The translations under genes were made by a program, and so were the position numbers. Of a stretch of DNA of 64,000 nt, positions 28,170 through 37,547 are shown piece by piece. Position 1 is the first letter of the stretch. Each line of letters opens with the position of its first letter. The notes below the pieces were generated by a model. It saw nothing but the letters and a program-made list of their open reading frames with translations, did no database searches and was not told the origin of the DNA. Source of the DNA: Eubacteriales bacterium. Lineage in GTDB: Bacteria > Bacillota > Clostridia > Oscillospirales > CAG-272. The stretch covers positions 719 to 64,718 of the forward strand of contig JAZKYE010000060.1 in the NCBI GenBank assembly GCA_045611965.1, written 5' to 3'.

Positions 28170-29030
28170 ATGAAAGACTACGTTATATTTACGGATTCTG
28201 CGTGTGACGTAAGACCCGAGGTTCTGCGTGAGTGGGGCGTTGAGTTTGTGTCACTTACGTTCAGATTTTTATCTGACGGCAAGGAATATCTTAATTATGA
28301 TATGAGCCCCAAGGAATTTTACGGAAAAATGCGCGACGGTGGCGTGGCAAAGACCTCTGCGGTAAATCAGAGCGTCTTTGAGAGTGCGTTTGACCGTGTG
28401 CTCGCTTCGGGCAAGGATATCCTTTACATCGGCTTTTCGTCAGGGCTCAGCACCACCTGCAACAGCGCGGCAATCGCGGCGCGTGCGCTTTCTGAAAAAT
28501 ATCCTGACGCAAGAGTGCTCACTCTTGATACCAAGGCGGCATCGCTCGGACTTGGAATGCTCGTGTATCTTGCAGTAGAGATGAAGAAAAACGGAAGGTC
28601 GCTCGATGAGTGCTATTCGGAAATCTGCACGCTTTCCCGTGGGCTTTGTCATTGGTTTACGGTTGCCGACCTTGTTTATCTTAAGCGCGGTGGCAGAATA
28701 AGCGCCGCGACGGCATTCGTCGGCAATATGTTAGGCATCAAGCCCGTGCTTCATATGGATGATGCGGGACACCTCGTTAACGTATCAAAGGCGAGGGGCA
28801 GACGCGGCTCTATCGCGGCACTTTGCGAGAGATACGAGGCAACCGTTACCGACAAGAGCGCACCCGTGTTTATTTCTCACGGTGACTGCGAGGCAGATGC
28901 CAAGGTGCTTGCAGATATGATAGAGGCGCACGGCGGTAAGGTAACGATGATTTCTGACGTCGGTCCCGTTATCGGCGCGCACGCAGGCCCCGGCGTTCTT
29001 GCGCTCTTTTTCGTGGGCAAGGTGAGATAA
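28170..29030 (+). CDS. DegV family fatty-acid-binding protein (FakB-like)
   Basis: The start MKDYVIFTDSACD is typical of DegV. The ATG at 28122 in the ORF track would lie at about the predicted transcription start. Confidence 0.85.
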   Translation: MKDYVIFTDSACDVRPEVLREWGVEFVSLTFRFLSDGKEYLNYDMSPKEFYGKMRDGGVAKTSAVNQSVFESAFDRVLASGKDILYIGFSSGLSTTCNSAAIAARALSEKYPDARVLTLDTKAASLGLGMLVYLAVEMKKNGRSLDECYSEICTLSRGLCHWFTVADLVYLKRGGRISAATAFVGNMLGIKPVLHMDDAGHLVNVSKARGRRGSIAALCERYEATVTDKSAPVFISHGDCEADAKVLADMIEAHGGKVTMISDVGPVIGAHAGPGVLALFFVGKVR

Positions 29031-29031
29031 T

Positions 29032-30780
29032 ATGGGCGTAAAAAATAAGAAAAGAGAAGCGCAAGAGGCGGCTTCCAAAAGAGATAAAAAGGAAAAGAAG
29101 AAATCCTCTCGCACAGGGCTTCGCGCTCTTGGCGGACTGCTCTTTGCAAAGATGGCAAGGGGTGGCGCGGCAGAGCTTCGCTCTAATGCCGAAGAGGTAA
29201 ACCGTCTTAACGTCTTTCCCGTACCCGACGGTGATACGGGCGACAATATGAGTATGACCATCGACAGCGGTGTGTCGGCTCTCACCGAAAACGAGAGCGA
29301 CGATATTTCTGCGGTTATCGAGAAGCTCTCAAGGGGTATGCTTATCGGCGCGAGAGGAAACTCGGGCGTAATACTCTCGCAGTTTTTTGCAGGTATGGCG
29401 AAGGGGCTTAAAAATTCAAGGAATGCTAATCCCCAAATACTCGGCAGAGCTCTTGCAGAGGGGGTTGAGCAGGCGTATTCTACGGTAATGACACCAACCG
29501 AGGGAACGATACTTACGGTTGCAAGAGAGTCGGTTGCATACGCAAACTCACGCTTAACAGACGGAAGCACGGTCAGCACGCTCTTTTCCGACCTTGTCGG
29601 ACAGATGCACCGCTCGCTTGAACATACCCCCGATTTACTTCCCGCGCTCAAAGAGGCCGGCGTGGTTGATTCGGGTGGCGCAGGACTTCTTTATATAATG
29701 GATGGCTTTAACCGTGTGCTTAACGGTGAGGAAATATCCGTGGGCGAGCCTGCCGCAGCCGCCGGCGGTGCTATCGGCCTGCCGACGGACTTCGACGAGA
29801 ACAGCGTTATGCAGTATGGCTACTGCACCGAGGTTTTGCTTCAGCTTATGCGCGCCAAGGGTGACCCCTCGCAGTTTGACGTTGATGCACTTCGCGCTTA
29901 TCTTTCATCAATAGGTGACTCGATAGTGGCGTTTGTCACGGGCAGTATAGTCAAGCTTCACGTGCATACGAGAACGCCTGAGCTCGTGCTCGGATATTGC
30001 CTGAAATTCGGTGAGTTTATCTCGGTTAAGATAGAGAATATGTCGCTTCAGCATACCGAAACCATAAGCAATACAGAGCAAGCGAGCGAAACAGACGCGT
30101 CGCAGGTGCCGAGCGAGAAAAAGAGATACGGTATAGTTGCTGTTTCGAGCGGTGAAGGACTTGACGCACTTTTCAAGGAATTTGGTGCTGACGAGGTAAT
30201 AAGGGGCGGTCAGACGCACAACCCCTCGGCAGGCGAGTTCGTGTCGGCATATGAGAGAATTAATGCTGAATATATATTCGTGTTCCCGAACAACTCAAAC
30301 GTATTGCTTGCCGCGACGATGTCGGGTGAGATGTACGAGGGGGCAAAAATTATTGTAGTAGAGTCAACCAATATGGGCGCAGGCTACGTGGCGCTTGCGT
30401 CGCTTGACCTGACGAATGAGAGCCCTGATGAAATTTTGGAAGGGGCAAGCTCTGCAATAGCGAATATCAGATGCGGCTTTATATCCCCCGCGATAAGAGA
30501 TGCCGATATGAACGGCGTCCACATCGAAAACGGTGATACTATCGGTATAATAGGAAAGCAGATAGTGCTTAGCGAGCACGATACTACCACAGCATCTATA
30601 TCTCTCACAGCCTTTATGTGTGAGGGAAGCAATATGCTTACGGTTATCACGGGCAAGGATGCCAAGGACTCTGACACGGATGCAATAAAGCAGCTGGTGG
30701 GTGAGAAATACCCAGATATAGAGCTATACTTTATTGAAGGCGGTCAGGACGTTTACCCATTTATATTTGTTGCTGAATAA
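29032..30780 (+). CDS. DAK2-domain protein, YloV/FakA-like fatty acid kinase subunit
   Basis: Has the Dak2 motif LNVFPVPDGDTGDNM and is paired directly with a DegV gene. An unusual Lys-rich extension of about 30 aa sits at the N-terminus. Confidence 0.8.
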   Translation: MGVKNKKREAQEAASKRDKKEKKKSSRTGLRALGGLLFAKMARGGAAELRSNAEEVNRLNVFPVPDGDTGDNMSMTIDSGVSALTENESDDISAVIEKLSRGMLIGARGNSGVILSQFFAGMAKGLKNSRNANPQILGRALAEGVEQAYSTVMTPTEGTILTVARESVAYANSRLTDGSTVSTLFSDLVGQMHRSLEHTPDLLPALKEAGVVDSGGAGLLYIMDGFNRVLNGEEISVGEPAAAAGGAIGLPTDFDENSVMQYGYCTEVLLQLMRAKGDPSQFDVDALRAYLSSIGDSIVAFVTGSIVKLHVHTRTPELVLGYCLKFGEFISVKIENMSLQHTETISNTEQASETDASQVPSEKKRYGIVAVSSGEGLDALFKEFGADEVIRGGQTHNPSAGEFVSAYERINAEYIFVFPNNSNVLLAATMSGEMYEGAKIIVVESTNMGAGYVALASLDLTNESPDEILEGASSAIANIRCGFISPAIRDADMNGVHIENGDTIGIIGKQIVLSEHDTTTASISLTAFMCEGSNMLTVITGKDAKDSDTDAIKQLVGEKYPDIELYFIEGGQDVYPFIFVAE

Positions 30781-30784
30781 AAAA

Positions 30785-30830
30785 ATAACCGCTTATTTTG
30801 TAATACATAGTTTACAAAATAAGCGGTTAT
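30785..30830. terminator. bidirectional terminator (19-bp perfect stem)
   Basis: ataaccgcttattttgtaa (30785-30803) pairs perfectly with ttacaaaataagcggttat (30812-30830). AT-rich runs flank it, and it lies between convergent genes. Confidence 0.6.
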
Positions 30831-30842
30831 TGCATTTATTGA

Positions 30843-32036
30843 TTATTTTTCGTATTCCTCAGCAAGTGACTTGAATGCGGGAAGGGAATTTACTACTCTT
30901 GCCTTGTCAACGCAGTAGGCTATTCTTACGTAGCCGCTAACGCCGAAGTCGTCGCAGGGAACTACGAGAAGCTCGTGACGCTTTGCGCGCTCGAAAAATG
31001 CGTAGGCATCAGGCTCGGGTGTCTTTACGAAAAGGTAGAACGCGCCGTCGGGCTTTACGCACTCATAACCGTACTCGGTGAGGTTGTTATAAAGCAGGTC
31101 GCGGTTCTCGCGGTAGATGTTGACGTCAACAGAAAGGTCGATACACCTTGCCACAACTCTCTGGAAGAGGCTCGGCGCGCACACATAGCCGAGCGAGCGG
31201 CCTGCACCGCATATAGCAAGATAAAGCTCGCGCGCAGAGTCTGCCTTGGGGCATACTGCGATATAGCCTATTCTCTCACCGGGAAGCGAGAGTGACTTTG
31301 ACCACGAGTAGCATACTACGGTGCTGTCGTAAAGGTTCATAAGATAGGGAACCTCGACACCCGTGTAAACAAGCTCGCGGTAGGGCTCGTCTGCGATAAG
31401 ATAAATAGTACGTCCGTACTCGCGCGACTTCTCGCGAAGAAGCTCGCATATCGAGGTAAGCTTTTCCTTGGTGTAAACTACACCGCTCGGGTTGTTGGGC
31501 GAGTTTATGATAATAGCCTTCGTGTTCTTGTTAATTCTCTGGCGAAGGTCGTCGATGTCGGGCTGAAGCGTTCCGTCCTCAGGCCTGCTTACGACGAGCT
31601 TTGCACCTGCATTCTCTACGAAAACACGGTACTCGGTGAAGAAGGGCGCGAGTGCTATGCACTCATCGTCATCACTCTCGACCATCGCTGAAAGTGTTAT
31701 CGAAAGCGATGCCGCCGCACCGCAGGTCATATAGATGTCGTTTGCTGAAATATCAACCCCGAAGCGGGATTTTATAGAGTCTGCAACCGTCTGTCTTACT
31801 AACGCATCACCCTGAGCCGAGGTATAGCCGTGAATGGCAACCGAGCTTTCGGTGGCGAGAAGCTCACACACCGCCTCATTAAGCTCTTTCGGTGCGGGCA
31901 CAGAGGGGTTTCCAAGGCTGAAATCAAAAACCTTGTCTGCGCCTATCTCTGCCGCGCGGACCTTGCTGTATTCAAATATTTCTCTTATAACCGAGCGCTT
32001 GCTACCAAGGCCCAGCATTCTTTTGTTAATTCCCAT
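30843..32036 (-). CDS. class I/II PLP-dependent aminotransferase (aspartate/aromatic type)
   Basis: FSLGNPSVPAP, NSPNNPSGVVY and YSWSKSLSLPGERIGY (PLP Lys). It is the last gene of the ior/paaK operon. Confidence 0.85.
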   Translation of the reverse strand: MGINKRMLGLGSKRSVIREIFEYSKVRAAEIGADKVFDFSLGNPSVPAPKELNEAVCELLATESSVAIHGYTSAQGDALVRQTVADSIKSRFGVDISANDIYMTCGAAASLSITLSAMVESDDDECIALAPFFTEYRVFVENAGAKLVVSRPEDGTLQPDIDDLRQRINKNTKAIIINSPNNPSGVVYTKEKLTSICELLREKSREYGRTIYLIADEPYRELVYTGVEVPYLMNLYDSTVVCYSWSKSLSLPGERIGYIAVCPKADSARELYLAICGAGRSLGYVCAPSLFQRVVARCIDLSVDVNIYRENRDLLYNNLTEYGYECVKPDGAFYLFVKTPEPDAYAFFERAKRHELLVVPCDDFGVSGYVRIAYCVDKARVVNSLPAFKSLAEEYEK

Positions 32037-32071
32037 AATAAGCTTCCTTACTCTTGCGAAAAATCGGTTAT

Positions 32072-32500
32072 TCAGATATTAACGAGGTCCTCACATCCGA
32101 CCGTAACCACACCGTTTTCGCTGAGAAGAACGTCGGTGGCGGCGGCATCAGAGGTTTTGAGCACTACGTACGCATTCTCATCCTCAATGGAAAGACCGTA
32201 CATATACTCAATGTTAACGCCACACTTGTCTATAACCGACAGAAGCTCTTGAAGGCTTCCGGTCTTGTGAGGAATTTTGATTATTGATACGTCCGAAAGA
32301 AGCGAGGAAAAACCCCCCTCGGTGAGCTTTTCCTTTCCAAGCGCGGGATTGTCTACGATAAGACGCAGAAGTCCGAACTCGGTGGTATCGGCAAGGCTGA
32401 GCGAAAGAATATTTACCTTATTCTGCTTAAGCACGTTAAGCACCTCGCAAAGTCTGCCCGTTCTGTTCTCTATAAAAATAGTAAGCTGTTTTGCAAACAT
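32072..32500 (-). CDS. ACT domain-containing protein (two ACT repeats)
   Basis: The start MFAKQLTIFIENRTGRLCEVLNVL and a second repeat (IKIPHKTGSLQELLSVI) are typical of small ACT proteins found in paaK/ior clusters. Confidence 0.7.
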   Translation of the reverse strand: MFAKQLTIFIENRTGRLCEVLNVLKQNKVNILSLSLADTTEFGLLRLIVDNPALGKEKLTEGGFSSLLSDVSIIKIPHKTGSLQELLSVIDKCGVNIEYMYGLSIEDENAYVVLKTSDAAATDVLLSENGVVTVGCEDLVNI

Positions 32501-32523
32501 AATGTTTTCCTCTCTTATCTGAT

Positions 32524-33822
32524 TTAATAAAGCTTGCGCTTGTCAATGACGTGAACCGCCTTGCCCTCGCTTCTGATAAGCGTCTGGGGCTCTACGAGCT
32601 TGACCTTGGGATTAAGACCGAGCGCCTGCTGAAGAATATGAGAAATTTTCTTTGTAAGAGCCTCGAGCGCCCTTACCTCGTCGGTATAGAAGCGCTGGTC
32701 GATTTCAACCTGAACCTCAAGGGTGTCGAGGTTGTTCACTCTGTCAACTATCATCATATAGTGAGGGGTAACCTCTTCGCAGTCAACGAGCGCCGCCTCA
32801 ACCTGGCTTGGGAATACGTTGACACCGCGTATGATAAGCATATCGTCAACACGTCCCTTGAAGCGCGAAATTCTCGCACTCGTTCTTCCGCACTCGCAGG
32901 TGGTGCGGTCAAGGCTGGTGAGGTCCTTCGTTCTGTATCTTATGAGCGGAATACCCTCTTTTGTGAGAGTGGTGAACGCAAGCTCACCGAGCGTGCCGTC
33001 GGGCACGGGCATAAGAGTTTTTGAGTCAAGCACCTCGGGATAGAAGTGATCCTCGCACACGTGAAGTCCTCTGTGGAATTCACAGTCGCACGCAACACCG
33101 GGGCCCATTATCTCGGAAAGACCGTAGATGTCGTAGGCCTTGATATTAAGGCGCGCCTCAATCTCGTTTCTCATCTTTTCCGTCCACGGTTCAGCACCGC
33201 AGATAGCACAGCGAAGCTTAATCTTATCAAGAAGTCCCTCGTCAGAGAGCACCTCGGAAATGTGAAGAAGGTAAGAGGGCGTGCAGGCTATTGCCGTAGC
33301 GCCGAAGTCCACCATCATCGTGGTAAGCTTCTTTGAGTTACCCGTGCTCATCGGCACGACGGTAGCGCCAATGTTTTCAGCGCCGCCGTGAGCGCCAAGA
33401 CCGCCCGTGAACAGACCGTAGCCATAGGCTACCTGAATAATATCATCCTTGCCGACACCTGCCATAGTGAAGCAACGCGAAACGCACTCACTCCATATAT
33501 CAAGGTCGTGTCTTGTGTAACCGACGACTGTTGCCTTTCCCGTAGTACCGCTCGATGCGTGAATTCTTACTATCTCGGAATTGGGAACGGCAAAAAGACC
33601 GAAGGGGTAGTTGTCGCGCAGGTCGTCCTTGGTGGTGAAGGGAAGCTTCGTTATATCCTCAATTCCCCTGATATCACCGGGCAAAAGTCCTGCCGCCTGC
33701 ATCTTTTTTCTGTAATATTCTACATTGTGGTAAACATAGTTAACCAGCTTGACAAGTCGTGCGCTTTGAAGATGAGTCATCTCGTCGCGCGACATACATT
33801 CCTTGCTTTCGTTCCAGATCAT
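32524..33822 (-). CDS. paaK: phenylacetate--CoA ligase family protein (paralog 2)
   Basis: The adenylate-forming motif HASSGTTGKATVVGYT and the N-terminus MIWN..RLVKLVNYVYHNVEYYRKKM are typical of PaaK. By eye it is about 55-60% identical to the 36214 copy. Confidence 0.8.
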   Translation of the reverse strand: MIWNESKECMSRDEMTHLQSARLVKLVNYVYHNVEYYRKKMQAAGLLPGDIRGIEDITKLPFTTKDDLRDNYPFGLFAVPNSEIVRIHASSGTTGKATVVGYTRHDLDIWSECVSRCFTMAGVGKDDIIQVAYGYGLFTGGLGAHGGAENIGATVVPMSTGNSKKLTTMMVDFGATAIACTPSYLLHISEVLSDEGLLDKIKLRCAICGAEPWTEKMRNEIEARLNIKAYDIYGLSEIMGPGVACDCEFHRGLHVCEDHFYPEVLDSKTLMPVPDGTLGELAFTTLTKEGIPLIRYRTKDLTSLDRTTCECGRTSARISRFKGRVDDMLIIRGVNVFPSQVEAALVDCEEVTPHYMMIVDRVNNLDTLEVQVEIDQRFYTDEVRALEALTKKISHILQQALGLNPKVKLVEPQTLIRSEGKAVHVIDKRKLY

Positions 33823-33834
33823 AATGCGCCTCTC

Positions 33835-34407
33835 TTACTTGTTCATCTCGTAGCCTCTTAAAAATGCTGCCTTGTTGATTTCTACCGTTTTAGGCGGAAC
33901 GGTTTCGGCTACCGTGTCAAGCCATCTTTCGGGGGAAAATCCGATAAGAGGTGCGCTGTAACCTAATACGACGGAATTTAAAACCTTGCTGTTTCCAAGC
34001 TCTTTGGCAATAGCCGCCGCGTCAAATGCGAGCACGTCGTGCTCTTTTTTCAGAGTGTCAACTATCGCCTCGGGATACTCTGCCGCACCGATTACTACGG
34101 TCATAGGCTCTATCTTGCAGTCGTTGATTATGAGTGCACCGTCCTTTTTAAGGAAGTGGCTGTATCTTCTTGCTTCAAGACGCTCAAATGCGATTATAAC
34201 GTCAGCGCAGCCCTCTTCAACGACGGGCTCGTAAACCTTATCGCCAAATCTTACGAAGGTAACGACCGAGCCACCTCTCTGCGCCATACCGTGAACCTCG
34301 GAAATCTTTACGTCGTAGCCCTCTGCGAGAGCCGCCTTACCAATTATGCGTGAGGTGAGCAGAGTGCCCTGACCGCCAACGCCGACTATCATTATATTCT
34401 TCGTCAT
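33835..34407 (-). CDS. iorB: indolepyruvate:ferredoxin oxidoreductase subunit beta
   Basis: The start IMIVGVGGQGTLLTSRIIG and a length of 190 aa fit IorB. It sits directly downstream of iorA with only a 0-1 nt gap. Confidence 0.85.
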   Translation of the reverse strand: MTKNIMIVGVGGQGTLLTSRIIGKAALAEGYDVKISEVHGMAQRGGSVVTFVRFGDKVYEPVVEEGCADVIIAFERLEARRYSHFLKKDGALIINDCKIEPMTVVIGAAEYPEAIVDTLKKEHDVLAFDAAAIAKELGNSKVLNSVVLGYSAPLIGFSPERWLDTVAETVPPKTVEINKAAFLRGYEMNK

Positions 34408-36147
34408 TTATCTCACCACCGTTTCAATAGCACCGAACTTGCAGTAGTTCTTGCAAAGTCCGCATCCGTTACACATAGACTCGTCAATTCTGACCTTACC
34501 GTCCTCACCCTTGCTCATAGCGGGACAGCCTATCTTTAAGCACATACCGCACTTTCTGCACTTGTCAGCGTCAACGCGGCAGACGTTAGGGAATTTTTGT
34601 CCCTTGAGAAGCACGCAGGGGGATTTGGTTATAATTACGGTAAGAGTATCCGAAGCCACGCTTTCCTTAATCACGCGCTCAAGCTCGTTTACGTCAAAGG
34701 CGTTAACCTCGATAACGTTCGGTACACCGATAGCCTCGCACACGGTCTTGAAGTCAATAGCGTAGGTGTCCTCGCCCTTGAGCGTCTTACCCGTGCCCGC
34801 GTGCTGCTGATGTCCCGTCATACCCGTAGTGCGGTTGTCGAGAATCATAACGGTCGCGGTGGACTTGTTGTAAACCATATTTATAAGAGAGTTGATACCC
34901 GTATGTAAGAAGGTCGAGTCACCGATAACCGCAACCCAGCTCTTAACATAATCCTTGCCCTTGCCCTTTTCCATACCGTGAAGCGAGGAAATCGACGCGC
35001 CCATACAGATGGTGGTGTCGATTACGCTTAAGGGCGCAACCGCACCGAGCGTGTAGCAACCGATATCGCCTGCGGCGTGAAGCTTAAGCTTGTTCAGTAC
35101 CGAAAATACGCTTCTGTGAGGACAGCCGGGGCAGAGAATAGGGGGGCGCGCAGGCGCTGATGCCGCCTCAAATACCGCCTCGTCCTTGCCGAAGATAACA
35201 CGGCGAAGCAGATTTGCGCTGTACTCGCCCTGAACGGTGAAGCATTCCTTTCCGTGTACCTTAAAGCCGAATGCGCGTACCTGCTCTTCGATAAGAGGCT
35301 CAAGCTCTTCGAATATATACACCTCGTCAACCGAGTTAACAAAGCTCTCGATGAGCTCGCGCGAGAGGGGATTGACAAGACCGAGCTTAAGCACGGATGC
35401 GTCGGGGCAGGCTTCCTTTACGTACTGATAGGAAACGCCCGAGGTGATGAAGCCGATTTTAGTGTCGCCCATCTCTATTCTGTTAACGGCAAGCGTAGCC
35501 GCGTCGTGAGCGAGTCTTTTTTCTCTGTCCTCAACGACGAGATGTCTGCCTATTGCAGAGGCGGGCATCATTACGTACTTTCGCATATTTCTCTCGTAGG
35601 GCTTATCCTCAACCTCTGTTCTGTCGCAAAGCTCAACTGCGCTCTGCGAGTGTGCAAGCTTTGTGGTGGTGCGAAGAATTACGGGGGTGTCGTACTTCTC
35701 GCTAAGCTCAAAGGCGTACTTGACAAATTCCTTTGCCTCACCGCTGTCAGAGGGCTCAAGAACGGGAACGTGTGCCGCTCTTGCTATCATTCTCGTGTCC
35801 TGCTCGTTCTGCGAGGACGCAAGTCCCGGGTCGTCTGCAACCACGAAAACCGAGCCGCCGCCAACACCGGTATAAGAGAAGGTGTAGAGCGGGTCAGCCG
35901 CTACGTTAAGACCGACGTGCTTCATACAGCAAAGGCTTCTTACACCCGATATGGATGCGCCGATAGCAACCTCTGCCGCTACCTTTTCGTTAGGCGCCCA
36001 CTCGGTGTAAACCTCGCCGTAGGTCGCAAGATATTCGCTGATTTCGGTGCTGGGCGTGCCGGGGTAGGCACTGCTCACCTTCGCGCCCGCCTCGTATGCG
36101 CCGCGCGCTATTGCCTCGTTTCCGAGCATAATCGTTTTGTTACTCAT
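34408..36147 (-). CDS. iorA: indolepyruvate:ferredoxin oxidoreductase subunit alpha
   Basis: TPP-binding region GDSTFLHTGINSL. Two 4Fe-4S ferredoxin motifs near the C-terminus (CRKCGMCLKIGCP, CNGCGLCKNYC). The N-terminal GNEAIARGAYEAG is typical of IorA. Confidence 0.9.
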   Translation of the reverse strand: MSNKTIMLGNEAIARGAYEAGAKVSSAYPGTPSTEISEYLATYGEVYTEWAPNEKVAAEVAIGASISGVRSLCCMKHVGLNVAADPLYTFSYTGVGGGSVFVVADDPGLASSQNEQDTRMIARAAHVPVLEPSDSGEAKEFVKYAFELSEKYDTPVILRTTTKLAHSQSAVELCDRTEVEDKPYERNMRKYVMMPASAIGRHLVVEDREKRLAHDAATLAVNRIEMGDTKIGFITSGVSYQYVKEACPDASVLKLGLVNPLSRELIESFVNSVDEVYIFEELEPLIEEQVRAFGFKVHGKECFTVQGEYSANLLRRVIFGKDEAVFEAASAPARPPILCPGCPHRSVFSVLNKLKLHAAGDIGCYTLGAVAPLSVIDTTICMGASISSLHGMEKGKGKDYVKSWVAVIGDSTFLHTGINSLINMVYNKSTATVMILDNRTTGMTGHQQHAGTGKTLKGEDTYAIDFKTVCEAIGVPNVIEVNAFDVNELERVIKESVASDTLTVIITKSPCVLLKGQKFPNVCRVDADKCRKCGMCLKIGCPAMSKGEDGKVRIDESMCNGCGLCKNYCKFGAIETVVR

Positions 36148-36213
36148 TTAAGTGTCCCTTTCGTAAGCACCTATGGTGCATATGTATGTGAAGAAGCCCT
36201 GCGGCCCCCTGAT

Positions 36214-37515
36214 TTACTTTATATTTCTTAAATCCCTTATTCTCTTTGCCTTGCCCTCAAAGCGCTCGAGAGTGTTTTGAGAAACGAGCGTTACCTTCGC
36301 GTCAAGACCGAGGACGGTTTTGAGTCTCTCGCGTACGCGCTTGGTAAGGTCCTCAAGCATAGAGAACGAGTCGGTGCTGAATGCAAGCTCAACTCTTACG
36401 GTAAGCTTGTCGTTGTAGCCCTCGCGTTCAAGCACTATCTCATAGTGCGGTCCAAGCTCTGCAAAGCTGAGCACTATCTCTTCTATCTGGCTTGGGAATA
36501 CGTTGACACCGCGTATTTTAAGCATATCGTCAGACCTTCCTGAGAGGTTTTCCATACGGCAGAAGGTTCTTCCGCATTTGCACTTCTCTTTGGTAAGCCT
36601 TGTGATATCCTTGGTTCTGTAACGGATGAGGGGAAGTCCCTCTTTTTTGATGCAGGTGATAACGAGCTCGCCCTTCTCACCCTCGCCAAGCACCTCGCCC
36701 GTCTCGGGGTTGATAATCTCGGGGATGAAGAAGTCCTCGTTGATATGCATTCCGCACATATACTCGCACTCGCCGGAAACACCTGGGCCCATAAGCTCGC
36801 TCATACCGTAGTTTGAGGTGATAAGAACGTCCTCGCCCCATACCTTGTGCATTTCCTCACGCATAGCGTCGGTGAGCATCTCGCTTCCGACGAGGGCAAT
36901 TCTTATTTTGAGGTCGGTCCTCGGGTCAACGCCCATCTCGCGCGCAACCTCTGCAAGGCGCAGAGCATAGGACGGGGTTGCAACGAGAAGCGAGGTTTCA
37001 AAGTCCTGCATATACATAATCTGCTTCTGCGAGTTACCCGTTGATGAGGGGATTATAGTAGCGCCGATGTTTTCAAGACCGTAGTGAAGTCCGAGAGCGC
37101 CCGTGAACATTCCGTAGCCGAAGCATATCTGCGCCATATCGCTTTTCGTAGCACCGCCCATACACGCGATACGCGAAACGCACTCGGTCCAGGTAGCAAG
37201 GTCACCCTCGGTGTAGCCTACGACGGTGGGCTTTCCGGTAGTGCCCGATGATGCGTGTACTCTGACGAGCTCATCCCTTGGCACGGCAAAAAGACCGAAG
37301 GGGTAGTTATCGCGCAGGTCCTGCTTGGTTACGAAGGGCAGGCGGGAAAGGTCGCCAAGTGACTTTATATCGTCGGGGCTGATGCCCGCGTCGTCCATTT
37401 TCTTACGGTAGGGGGCAACCCTTTCGTACACCCTCTTTACGGTTTCCTTAAGGCGTTCAAGCTGAAGCGCCTCTATCTCTTCTCTTGAGAGAGTTTCTTC
37501 CTTTGACCAAATCAT
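36214..37515 (-). CDS. paaK: phenylacetate--CoA ligase family protein (paralog 1)
   Basis: HASSGTTGKPTVVGYT, YRTKDITRL, and 433 aa. Confidence 0.8.
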   Translation of the reverse strand: MIWSKEETLSREEIEALQLERLKETVKRVYERVAPYRKKMDDAGISPDDIKSLGDLSRLPFVTKQDLRDNYPFGLFAVPRDELVRVHASSGTTGKPTVVGYTEGDLATWTECVSRIACMGGATKSDMAQICFGYGMFTGALGLHYGLENIGATIIPSSTGNSQKQIMYMQDFETSLLVATPSYALRLAEVAREMGVDPRTDLKIRIALVGSEMLTDAMREEMHKVWGEDVLITSNYGMSELMGPGVSGECEYMCGMHINEDFFIPEIINPETGEVLGEGEKGELVITCIKKEGLPLIRYRTKDITRLTKEKCKCGRTFCRMENLSGRSDDMLKIRGVNVFPSQIEEIVLSFAELGPHYEIVLEREGYNDKLTVRVELAFSTDSFSMLEDLTKRVRERLKTVLGLDAKVTLVSQNTLERFEGKAKRIRDLRNIK

Positions 37516-37547
37516 AGTGATTTACCTTTTATCTATTTTCTTTAAAG

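Noticed and set aside
28785-29651. 288-aa minus-strand ORF spanning the degV-fakA junction
   Set aside because: It is antisense to two genes with clear family motifs, has low-complexity composition, and has no translation signals.
35254-36231. 325-aa plus-strand ORF antisense to iorA
   Set aside because: It is a shadow ORF. The iorA frame carries TPP and 4Fe-4S motifs, whereas this frame has none.
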